DNA of 34,741 nucleotides from a candidate division WWE3 bacterium RIFCSPLOWO2_12_FULL_36_10. Lineage in GTDB: Bacteria > Patescibacteriota > WWE3 > UBA101185 > UBA10185. The stretch covers positions 1 through 34,741 of the forward strand of contig MEVN01000034.1 of NCBI GenBank assembly GCA_001772985.1, written 5' to 3'. The position numbers and the translations under genes were made by a program. Of the stretch, positions 1-7,673 are shown piece by piece. How positions within the stretch are numbered: position 1 is the first letter of the stretch; the number at the start of each line of letters is the position of its first letter. The notes under the pieces were generated by a model. It did not search any database and was not told the origin of the DNA. It saw only the letters and a program-made list of their open reading frames with translations.

Positions 1-1
1 T

Positions 2-595
2 GAGGCCGATGACGTAATTGGCACTTTAGCTAAAAGATTTTCCTCAAAGGATTTAGATGTTTTAATTTCTTCAAACGATAGAGATTTGTGGCAGCTTTTG
101 AATAAAAATGTAATGGTAATATTGCCAACAAAAGGTGGTCAAGTTGAATGGGTAGGAAGAGAAGAAGCAAAAGCGCGTCTTAGTTTTGATCCTAAATTAA
201 TTACAGAATATAAAGCACTAGCTGGAGATGCGAGTGATAATATTCCGGGAGTCTTTGGAGTCGGTGAAAAAACTGCAAAAAGATTAATTTTAGAATTTGA
301 TACTGTTGAAGAAATTTATAAAAATATTAGTAGCATAAAACCCGATTCCCTTAAAGAGAAATTAGCCGAAAATGCGGAGATGGCAGTTATGAGTAGAAGT
401 TTAGCCACAATTGAAACAAATGTTCCCATTACTCTTGAATTATCTGAATGTAAATATAAGGAATTTAACAAGGGCGCTGTGGTTGAGGTACTAAAAAAGT
501 ATAACTTTAAATCTTTGACTAGACGACTTGGGTTTGGTGATAAAAAAGAAGCAAAAAAACAAGAAACCCCAGATAACCAAATCCCGCTCTTGTAA
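2..595 (+). CDS. 5'-3' exonuclease / flap endonuclease (Pol I N-terminal-domain family), 5'-truncated by the window edge; ends as a stand-alone protein
   Basis: Frame 2 is open from the window edge (EADDVIGTLAKRF...DRDLWQLL) into the listed ORF. The H3TH region YKALAGDASDNIPGVFGVGEKTAKRLI is typical of the 5'-nuclease family. The stop at 593-595 follows a short Lys-rich tail, and no polymerase domain follows. Confidence 0.85.
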   Translation, partial: EADDVIGTLAKRFSSKDLDVLISSNDRDLWQLLNKNVMVILPTKGGQVEWVGREEAKARLSFDPKLITEYKALAGDASDNIPGVFGVGEKTAKRLILEFDTVEEIYKNISSIKPDSLKEKLAENAEMAVMSRSLATIETNVPITLELSECKYKEFNKGAVVEVLKKYNFKSLTRRLGFGDKKEAKKQETPDNQIPLL

Positions 596-607
596 ACAAA
601 CCGTTTG

Positions 608-616
608 TGATATACT
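608..616 (+). promoter_or_regulatory. Candidate extended -10 element (TGaTATACT) for the three-gene small-ORF operon
   Basis: TG at 608-609, one nt, then TATACT at 611-616. It lies 34 nt upstream of ATG 650 and is followed by a strong SD, GAGGAGAGGAG (632-642). No clear -35 was seen. Confidence 0.35.
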
Positions 617-649
617 GCCTATAGTCTAGAAGAGGAGAGGAGAAAGAAA

Positions 650-868
650 ATGGACAGACCTGATTTTGTTTGGCGTGGAGGTAAGAATATGGAAGTTTCC
701 GACCCATTGGCTATTGCAGCAATTGCTAAGGCTTGTAACGAGGCGCTTAATTGGCCTGATTCATTTTCTGTAATGGCATATAGTCGCAGTCATGGAAATT
801 ATGTTCCTGTTAGCAAGCTTCTCCCAGGTAATGGTTATTATCTAATTCCAAAAGCAAGTACGGATTAA
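650..868 (+). CDS. Small hypothetical protein (72 aa), paralog 1 of a tandem trio
   Basis: Strong SD (GAGGAGAGGAG) 8 nt upstream of the ATG. Shares an N-terminal FVW motif and a C-terminal G-x-Y-Y-L-I-P-like strand with the next two ORFs. Noticeably GC-richer than neighbouring genes. Confidence 0.6.
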   Translation: MDRPDFVWRGGKNMEVSDPLAIAAIAKACNEALNWPDSFSVMAYSRSHGNYVPVSKLLPGNGYYLIPKASTD

Positions 869-884
869 GGAGGTAGGAGGAAAA

Positions 885-1106
885 ATGCCACCACCAACTT
901 ATGTTTTTGTTTGGAAGGGCCAAAGCCTGGCAAATTTGAATTTAGAAAGCGTAATGCGAGCTATTTCCGACGCGACCGGTATCCATTTCAACGACACCGT
1001 TAAAATGAAAGTCGTGCTTTATTCAACAGGAGTTATTGTGACAAGCTTGACATTAGGACAAGTTTACCGCCTTGTTCCAGTAGCGGAAGAAGAAGCTGAA
1101 GAATAG
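885..1106 (+). CDS. Small hypothetical protein (73 aa), paralog 2 of a tandem trio
   Basis: SD GGAGGTAGGAGG is upstream. Has N-terminal YVFVW and C-terminal GQVYRLVP, plus an acidic tail (AEEEAEE). Confidence 0.6.
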   Translation: MPPPTYVFVWKGQSLANLNLESVMRAISDATGIHFNDTVKMKVVLYSTGVIVTSLTLGQVYRLVPVAEEEAEE

Positions 1107-1115
1107 GAGGGAAAA

Positions 1116-1367
1116 ATGCTACGAGACACACTTCGACCAATTCAGTTTGTTTGGGACGAAATGGGTACTCATTCTGGCGTTGGTTTAATGGAAAAGTTAA
1201 TGGACAAATACCATATACCGGGTGAAGTTTGGGATTGGACTATTCGACAAGCAGATGGATCGGAAACCACATATCTTGAACACGGTAAGGTTTATATGTT
1301 TATACGAATTTTTCGTGACCCGGAAAAGGAAAGCCAGAGAAAGGGTAGGTTGAAAGTTTCTAGTTAG
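1116..1367 (+). CDS. Small hypothetical protein (83 aa), paralog 3 of a tandem trio
   Basis: SD AGGAGGG is upstream. Has N-terminal IQFVW and C-terminal GKVYMFIRIF, with a basic tail. Confidence 0.6.
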   Translation: MLRDTLRPIQFVWDEMGTHSGVGLMEKLMDKYHIPGEVWDWTIRQADGSETTYLEHGKVYMFIRIFRDPEKESQRKGRLKVSS

Positions 1368-1375
1368 GGCACATG

Positions 1376-1415
1376 ACTCCCCGTTTGGCTTTCATGAGCA
1401 GGCGGGGAGTTTTTG
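1376..1415 (+). terminator. Rho-independent terminator of the small-ORF operon
   Basis: An 8-bp GC-rich stem, ACTCCCCG (1376-1383) / CGGGGAGT (1403-1410), followed by TTTT. Confidence 0.75.
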
Positions 1416-1420
1416 TATCC

Positions 1421-1428
1421 TGTATAAT
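1421..1428 (+). promoter_or_regulatory. TGTATAAT -10 element placed for a leaderless nth mRNA
   Basis: TATAAT at 1423-1428 is preceded by TG. The ATG of nth (1435) is 6 nt downstream, with no SD. Confidence 0.4.
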
Positions 1429-1434
1429 TTCCAA

Positions 1435-2100
1435 ATGTTTGATAAAAAATTTGCAGAAAGTATTGCCAAACTTTTAAAAACAAAATATCCAGATCCAAAA
1501 ACCGAATTAGTTCACGAAAACGAAATGCAATTGGCGGTATCTGTAATGTTATCCGCGCAAACAACAGATAAAAAAGTAAACGAAATAACATCAAAACTTT
1601 TTAAGAAGTACAAAACTTGGGAAGATTTTGCAAACGCAAATTTAACTGAATTGCAAAGCGATATAAGAGGAGTAAATTTTCATTTGGGAAAAGCAAAAAG
1701 GTTAATTAAAGCCGGAAGAGTTGTAACCGCAGAATTTAAAGGAGTACTTCCTGACACAATAGAACAACTTACAAAAATTCCCGGAGTTGCAAGAAAAAGC
1801 GCAAATGTAATAATTCAGGAAATTTGGAATAAGGCGGAAGGAATTGTTGTTGATACACACGTTACAAGAGTTTCAAATAGGCTTGGTTTAACTAAAAATC
1901 AAGACGCGGTAAAAATAGAGAAAGATTTAATGACCCAAATTCCAAAGGAGTATTGGAGGAATTTTTCAGGCGCTATGGTGCTTCATGGAAGATACGTTTG
2001 TACTGCGAGAAAACCAAAGTGCGGAGATTGCGTGTTAAATAAAGTATGTCCGTCCGCCTTCAAATCGGGTGGAACCCTGACTGCGCAGGCAGGTGGGTGA
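1435..2100 (+). CDS. nth: Endonuclease III (HhH-GPD DNA glycosylase/AP lyase with 4Fe-4S cluster loop)
   Basis: Has the HhH motif LTKIPGVARKSANVI, a catalytic-region DTHV, and the C-terminal Cys ladder CTARKPKCGDCVLNKVC. Confidence 0.9.
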   Translation: MFDKKFAESIAKLLKTKYPDPKTELVHENEMQLAVSVMLSAQTTDKKVNEITSKLFKKYKTWEDFANANLTELQSDIRGVNFHLGKAKRLIKAGRVVTAEFKGVLPDTIEQLTKIPGVARKSANVIIQEIWNKAEGIVVDTHVTRVSNRLGLTKNQDAVKIEKDLMTQIPKEYWRNFSGAMVLHGRYVCTARKPKCGDCVLNKVCPSAFKSGGTLTAQAGG

Positions 2101-2104
2101 AGCC

Positions 2105-3088
2105 TTAAATAATGAAGATAGATCCAAAGTTTCCTGTTTCTAATTCTTTATAAGTCCAAAGTTTATCTTTAGTTATTCTAAATTCATAAACACCCTTAGG
2201 AGCTATTTTTACACCAAGCTCAAATTCAGGGAATTTTTGTATCGTTTCAACAAGTGTAATTTCTTTATCTGTAGTATTTTTCCATCTAACCAGCTGTCCT
2301 GAATCGGCATCGGGTTCTTTAGGACTAAAACCATCTTTTGTGTAAGTAATTTCTAAGACTTTGTTACTAACATCCGGTTTTTCCGTTGTATTAGTTGTTT
2401 CGTTTTTATTGCCATCGGTTCCTGAAGATGTACTTTCTGTTGTTTTTGGAGGTTCTAATCTTAATATCTCCGCTTCAACTTGATCAATTAAATCTTTTGT
2501 AGTTTGCAAAACCATCTTTTTTCCATTTAAATAAAAAGTCGGAGTTGAATTAATTCCAAGTTTATTACCATCTTTAACATCAGCACTTACAATTGAAGCA
2601 AAGGTTCCGTTTCTAAGATCAGACGTAAATTTATCGGTATCAAGTCCAAGCGCCTTTGCGTATTTGATTAAATCCTCTTCGGAAAGAGCTTGCTGTTTAT
2701 ACATGAGATCGTAATATTCCCAGAACTTTCCTGACTCGCCAGCAATTTGGGAAGCTTCGGCAGCTTTTTTTGCATATTTGTGTTGGGGAAGCGGGAAATG
2801 TCTGTAGGCAAATTTTAATTCGTTTGCATGGTTTTCTAAAATGTAGCTAACAACAGGATAAAAGGTTTGGCATGCCGGACATTCAAAATCCCCAAACTCA
2901 ACCAAGGTAACGGGAGAATCTTTTGGCCCTTTTATGTAGGTGTGGTCGGTAATTAGCAAATCTTCACTTACAGGCTTTAATGAAGGAGAGCTGTATTTTC
3001 CTTGAGATGCAATTATTATCCCAACAAAAATCAATATCGTAACAAAGCCTATTATAAATATCGGTGCATTTCTTTTAATTATGTTCAT
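2105..3088 (-). CDS. Membrane-anchored DsbA-family thiol:disulfide oxidoreductase with an extra C-terminal beta-rich domain
   Basis: N-terminal TM helix, then a thioredoxin-fold CxxC (FECPACQ), then a Thr/Ser/Asn-rich linker and a ~100-aa C-terminal domain of unknown function. Confidence 0.8.
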   Translation of the reverse strand: MNIIKRNAPIFIIGFVTILIFVGIIIASQGKYSSPSLKPVSEDLLITDHTYIKGPKDSPVTLVEFGDFECPACQTFYPVVSYILENHANELKFAYRHFPLPQHKYAKKAAEASQIAGESGKFWEYYDLMYKQQALSEEDLIKYAKALGLDTDKFTSDLRNGTFASIVSADVKDGNKLGINSTPTFYLNGKKMVLQTTKDLIDQVEAEILRLEPPKTTESTSSGTDGNKNETTNTTEKPDVSNKVLEITYTKDGFSPKEPDADSGQLVRWKNTTDKEITLVETIQKFPEFELGVKIAPKGVYEFRITKDKLWTYKELETGNFGSIFII

Positions 3089-4050
3089 GGTTTTATTAAG
3101 TTTTTTGGAGGTCTTCCGTTTATTAATACTTCTACCACATTTTCGGCTACCATTCTAGACATTTCTACTCGCGCCTCTCTTGTTGCGCTTCCAATGTGGG
3201 GCGTTAATGTTACATTATCAAGTTCCGTAAGACCGGAATATATTTTTGGTTCGTTTTCATAAACGTCAATTCCAGCTCCCTCAATCCATCCATCTTTTAA
3301 AGCAGTGTATAAAGCAGCCTCATCTATTACCTGTCCTCTTGAAGTGTTAATTAGGTACGCAGTTGGCTTCATTTTTTTAAGCTCTCTTTCCCCAATTAAA
3401 TGTTTTGTGGATGGCATTAGATTTACATGAATTGAAATAAAGTCTGAGTTTTCAAGTAGATCGTCGAGACTTGTATACATGGCGCCAATTTCCTGCTCAC
3501 CTTTGTCAAACCTTTGTATATCGTGATACAGAATTCTCATATCAAACCCTCCTTTTGCTATTTTCGCAAGGTACTGACCAATTCTACCAAATCCTATGAT
3601 TCCAAGTGTTTTCTTAGTTAGAACAGGGCCTAAAAAGAGCATTGGACTCCAGTATTTATAACTACCTGCTCTTACGTATTTATCTGCTTGTACTATGTTT
3701 CGCGCGCTTGAGATCATTAGAGCTAAAGCGTGCTCCGCAACCGATTCAGTTAAATTTCCAGGTGTGTTTGAAACGTAAATTCCAAGACTAGCGGCGGTTT
3801 TTATGTCTATGTTGTCAAACCCGACTGCGTAGTTTGCAACCAGCCTTAAGGTTGGTTTACCGGCGTTTAATACCTTTTCATTTATTTGGTCAGGTAACAC
3901 AGAAACAATTGCATCTTTTCCATCAACAGCTTTTATTAGTTCCGCTTCTGATAAAGGAGGGCCTTTTCTTATGTCTAATTCTAAAGAGGGATGTTTTCTT
4001 AGTAAATCTACTCCCGCCCGTGGTATTTCACGCGTTATTAAAACTTTCAT
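3085..4050 (-). CDS. D-isomer-specific 2-hydroxyacid dehydrogenase (glyoxylate/hydroxypyruvate reductase or glycerate dehydrogenase type)
   Basis: NAD-binding GIIGFGRIGQ and a catalytic His region, TPHIGSATREAR. Overlaps the downstream gene by 4 nt. Confidence 0.85.
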   Translation of the reverse strand: MKVLITREIPRAGVDLLRKHPSLELDIRKGPPLSEAELIKAVDGKDAIVSVLPDQINEKVLNAGKPTLRLVANYAVGFDNIDIKTAASLGIYVSNTPGNLTESVAEHALALMISSARNIVQADKYVRAGSYKYWSPMLFLGPVLTKKTLGIIGFGRIGQYLAKIAKGGFDMRILYHDIQRFDKGEQEIGAMYTSLDDLLENSDFISIHVNLMPSTKHLIGERELKKMKPTAYLINTSRGQVIDEAALYTALKDGWIEGAGIDVYENEPKIYSGLTELDNVTLTPHIGSATREARVEMSRMVAENVVEVLINGRPPKNLIKP

Positions 4051-4062
4051 GCCTATATGATA

Positions 4063-4929
4063 TCATGACGCCCTATTTTCTGATCCAAAAAGCTTAATCT
4101 TTCCTTCAACTATTTTTTGTACTTCCTCTATTGCGCCTGGAGTTATTTTATAAATTGCAACTTCCGAAGTTTCGTTTAAAGATCTTTTTAACGCGTTTTT
4201 AAAGGCAACTCTCATTTCGGAATTAATATTAATTTTTACAATTTTCCCAATTTTTATTGCCGTCATAATATCTTTGTTATCAATTCCCGATCCTCCGTGT
4301 AGAGATAAAAAAGTATTTGGAAGCAGATTTCTAATTTCTTCAAGCACGTCAAGTTTTAAACGTTTTTCTGTTGAATAAAGGCCGTGAAGATTTCCAAAAA
4401 AAGCTGCGAATGTATCTATACCTGTTTCATCAACAAATATTTTTGCTTTTTTAGGATCTGTGTATAAAGTTTTATCAAGCACCTCATCCGGTTTTTCTTT
4501 TGTATGATCCGCGGAGCTTCCCTGAATGTGATCCATTTCTCCCTCTACAATGATACCTTTTGCATGACACATTTTTACAATTTCCTTTGCTATCTTTAAA
4601 TTTTCGTCATATGGAAGTTTGCTTCCGTCAAAATGAATATAATCAAATCCTGCATTTACAGCCTCTTCGCATTCCTCAAAGCTTTCAGAATGATCAAGGT
4701 TTAAAATTATAGGAATATTAAGTTCGTTTCTATAATCTTTAATTAAGTCTACAAGCTGGGTTTTGCCTATGTAATCAACCTCTCCCTTTGACGCTTCAAT
4801 AATAATAGGGGAGTTAAGTTTTTTTGCAGCTAAAGTTATGGCCTTTAGGGTTTCTATATTTGCAGCGTTAAAGGCTCCAATTGCGTAACCTTCTTTTTGT
4901 GCTTTTAATAAAATCTCTTTAGTATTCAT
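4063..4929 (-). CDS. fba: Class II fructose/ketose-bisphosphate aldolase
   Basis: Has GYAIGAFN near the N-terminus, LDHSES and LHGGSGI. The start is placed at the internal Met (MNTKEILLKA) because the longer ORF would overlap the upstream kinase gene. Confidence 0.85.
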   Translation of the reverse strand: MNTKEILLKAQKEGYAIGAFNAANIETLKAITLAAKKLNSPIIIEASKGEVDYIGKTQLVDLIKDYRNELNIPIILNLDHSESFEECEEAVNAGFDYIHFDGSKLPYDENLKIAKEIVKMCHAKGIIVEGEMDHIQGSSADHTKEKPDEVLDKTLYTDPKKAKIFVDETGIDTFAAFFGNLHGLYSTEKRLKLDVLEEIRNLLPNTFLSLHGGSGIDNKDIMTAIKIGKIVKININSEMRVAFKNALKRSLNETSEVAIYKITPGAIEEVQKIVEGKIKLFGSENRAS

Positions 4930-4939
4930 TGTAAGTTCA

Positions 4940-5977
4940 TTATAAATTGAAAATTGTGAATTCATTCCCCTTTATTACTATTTCTTCAATTTCTTTTTTT
5001 GTTTTTAGTCCTGCGGTTGAGCCAATATATCTTGTGACTCCACAAGAATTTATAGCTCCCCAGTTTAACGCCTCTTTTAAGCTTTTTTTATCATCAACCA
5101 CAAGTTCGCATATGTGGTTTGATGAAATTCCCGTTTCGCGGGAATTATAAAATAGTGCAGATAAAAATGCGGAGGCAAAAGCATCGCCGGCACCTGTTTT
5201 GTCGATTAGTTTTTTTCCATCGTCATAAATTTTTGCATAAACAACTTCGTTACCAGAACTTGCGCTTGAACCGTTTTCACCATCGGTAATTACTGTTAAT
5301 TTTGGGCCGAGTCTTTGTAATTCTTTATGTAATTTCTCAAGATCGTTTTCATTTTTTGAAAGAATTTTTTGTGCTTCCTCTAAGTTAACAAAAAGTACGT
5401 CGGTTAATTCCAATATATTTTTTATTTTCTCAATGCCCGCTTTTAAATGATAAGTTCCGGGATTAAATGCGAGTAGAACATTCTCATTCTTTTTTAAATA
5501 CTCAACCAAGTTGGCTTGAAAGCTTTCAAAGTTTTCGGGAAGCGATGAGTAATAAATCCAAAGTGGTGTTGACCAATCTATAACCTTATATTCAAAGTGT
5601 TCATGATATGAAAAAATTGTTCTCTCTCCTTTAAAGACTATTATTGAATGAACATTAGTCGGCTTGCCTGAATTTTTGATGCAATAGGTTGTATCAATTC
5701 CAAGTTTTTTAAATTCAGTTATAAACCTTTCTCCGTTTGAATCGTTGCCAAGTTGGGTATAGATTGTACTTTCAAGACCTAGGAGTTTACAAGCAGTGAC
5801 AACGTTTGGGGCATTTCCGGCTAATGTGGCGTTATAAGATTCTACCGGAATTTTGTCTGCGTAATCAAAACAAATTTTGCAATTTTTGTGGTCAATATCA
5901 CAAACTACTGAAGCGTCGTCTACTTTCATGAATTCATCAATAGAGGAGTCGCCAATTGCCAAAAGGTCAAATTTCAT
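4940..5977 (-). CDS. PfkB-family carbohydrate kinase
   Basis: C-terminal anion-hole motif DKTGAGDAFASAF and an N-terminal LLAIGDSSID. Substrate cannot be assigned from sequence. Confidence 0.8.
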   Translation of the reverse strand: MKFDLLAIGDSSIDEFMKVDDASVVCDIDHKNCKICFDYADKIPVESYNATLAGNAPNVVTACKLLGLESTIYTQLGNDSNGERFITEFKKLGIDTTYCIKNSGKPTNVHSIIVFKGERTIFSYHEHFEYKVIDWSTPLWIYYSSLPENFESFQANLVEYLKKNENVLLAFNPGTYHLKAGIEKIKNILELTDVLFVNLEEAQKILSKNENDLEKLHKELQRLGPKLTVITDGENGSSASSGNEVVYAKIYDDGKKLIDKTGAGDAFASAFLSALFYNSRETGISSNHICELVVDDKKSLKEALNWGAINSCGVTRYIGSTAGLKTKKEIEEIVIKGNEFTIFNL

Positions 5978-6165
5978 TACATCCCGTTCATGAATAAAAT
6001 AATTAGAGACTTGGCTATTACGTAGCCAAATATTCCCAGAAACATTGAAATAAGGAACTTAGTTATTGGCTTAACCTTTTTTGTTAGGGTATGAATACCA
6101 AGATAAGTTAAAATAACTATAAAAGACATTGTTGTAAATTCAATTAAACCGTATAGAGAGCTCAT
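5977..6165 (-). CDS. Small two-TM membrane protein (62 aa)
   Basis: Two hydrophobic helices. Tightly packed between tkt-C and the kinase (1-nt overlap with the kinase start). Confidence 0.4.
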   Translation of the reverse strand: MSSLYGLIEFTTMSFIVILTYLGIHTLTKKVKPITKFLISMFLGIFGYVIAKSLIILFMNGM

Positions 6166-6166
6166 G

Positions 6167-7153
6167 TTACCTTTCTGAAATTAATTTTTTAACTTCCATA
6201 ATTATATGATCAATTCCAAGTCCATATTTTTTAATTAACTGCTCGTAGGTTCCTGATTCCCCAAAAGAGTCACAAATTCCAAGTCTCTTAATTTTAACAG
6301 GATATTTTTCCGAAAGCATCTCACTTACTACTCCGCCTAAGCCTCCACTTATTTGATGTTCCTCAATGGTTATTACTCTTCCAGTTTTTCTTACTGAGTC
6401 TAACATCGTTTTTTCATCTAAAGGTTTTATTGTACAAGAGTCAATTACCTCACATTTAATTCCGTATTTCATATTTAACTCATACGAAGCTTTTAATGCC
6501 TCATAAATAATAGGTCCCGCGCAAATAATAGTCACATCATTTCCCGTCATGAGAATTTGTGCTTTTCCAATTTCAAAAGGTGAATCTTGGGTTCTAAAAA
6601 CCGGAGTCTTTTCTCGCGTCAATCTTATATAAACAGGCCCTTTATAATTTGCGGAGGCTATTGTTGCTTTTTTAGCTTGTTCGTAGTCGGAAGGTACTAA
6701 AACAACCATGTTTGGCAGAACCCTCATTAACGCGATGTCCTCTAAAGCTTGGTGTGTAGCTCCATCTGGTCCTACAGACAAGCCTGAATGTGCTCCTATA
6801 ATTTTTACATTGGCCCTTGAATAGGCTATTGAAACTCTAATTTGTTCCCAGTTTCTCCCCGGATTAAATACCGCATAAGAAGCTATAAAAGGTATTTTTC
6901 CACTAATCGCAAGTCCGGCAGAAATTCCAGCCATATTTTGTTCAGAAACGCCCGTTTCGAAAAATCTTTTTGGAAATTTATCTTTGAATTTGTTACTTCT
7001 TGTTGATTCTGTAAGATCGGCACAAAGCACCAAAACATTTTCGTCTTTTTCTCCCGCAATTACAACGCCATCTCCAAAACCGTCTCTTGTGGGCAGTTCA
7101 TTAAGTTTTGTAGTAAAGATATGATGGTTTAATTTTGCTTCATCTGCAATCAT
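6167..7153 (-). CDS. tkt: Transketolase, C-terminal (pyrimidine-binding + C-terminal domain) subunit
   Basis: PTRDGFG, FETGVSEQNMAG, GATHQALEDIALMR and EEHQISGGLG are typical of split-transketolase subunit B. Confidence 0.9.
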   Translation of the reverse strand: MIADEAKLNHHIFTTKLNELPTRDGFGDGVVIAGEKDENVLVLCADLTESTRSNKFKDKFPKRFFETGVSEQNMAGISAGLAISGKIPFIASYAVFNPGRNWEQIRVSIAYSRANVKIIGAHSGLSVGPDGATHQALEDIALMRVLPNMVVLVPSDYEQAKKATIASANYKGPVYIRLTREKTPVFRTQDSPFEIGKAQILMTGNDVTIICAGPIIYEALKASYELNMKYGIKCEVIDSCTIKPLDEKTMLDSVRKTGRVITIEEHQISGGLGGVVSEMLSEKYPVKIKRLGICDSFGESGTYEQLIKKYGLGIDHIIMEVKKLISER

Positions 7154-7673
7154 CGAATTCTTTTATTAACTCAAAGCCGATTTTTTTGTCGGTTTTGTTT
7201 ATAGAAACTAAGTCAGCTGTAACATTTTGCTGTTGTTCAATTTTACAGGTATCGCCGGGTTTTAATTCACGCGCTAAGACTGTTATTGTGTTGTCTTCCT
7301 TATTCTTGTAAACTTTTTTTACTTTTGTTTCGTACCCGGTTGTGTTAAAAGTTTTAGAAGAAATTCCGATTAAGTAAACTTTATCAAAATTAATTTTATC
7401 TTCTACTTTTAGTTGTCTAGTTTCGTCGATTGTTTTTAAGAAGGTTTCAAGTTCCTTTTCGTTATGTATTATACTTCTTTGCTTTTCTATTACTTTATTT
7501 GTGGTAAAAACAGTTGGAAATCCCTTAACTCTGGTAACTTCAATCGTATTATCATTCAAGCCAAGAATTTTAATATCGCCTTTAGTTAGTAAATAACCCG
7601 CGCCAATAATTAGAATAACGATTAAAATAATCGGAAGGATGCTCATATAAAGCGTGTAAGTTTTTTTAGTCAT
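7140..7673 (-). CDS. Membrane-anchored hypothetical protein inserted between the two transketolase subunit genes
   Basis: The start is taken at MTKKTYTLY, followed by one TM helix (ILPIILIVILIIGAGYLL). The C-terminal part (GISSKTFNTTGYETKVKKVY...TVLARELKPGD) loosely resembles PrcB-type beta-barrel domains, which is unverified. Overlaps both flanking tkt genes. Confidence 0.5.
   Translation of the reverse strand: MTKKTYTLYMSILPIILIVILIIGAGYLLTKGDIKILGLNDNTIEVTRVKGFPTVFTTNKVIEKQRSIIHNEKELETFLKTIDETRQLKVEDKINFDKVYLIGISSKTFNTTGYETKVKKVYKNKEDNTITVLARELKPGDTCKIEQQQNVTADLVSINKTDKKIGFELIKEFDDCR

Noticed and set aside
4930-4965. N-terminal extensions of listed ORFs: fba 4930-4965, mutM 19984-20025, MNT 15029-15076, the intercalated tkt ORF 7674-7697, REC-2 26934-26966, mnmA 23025-23078
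   Set aside because: Family-conserved N-termini (MPELPEV for Fpg, MNTKEILLKA...GYAIGAFN for aldolase), better SD placement or avoidance of long overlaps favour the internal starts. The exact starts remain unverified.
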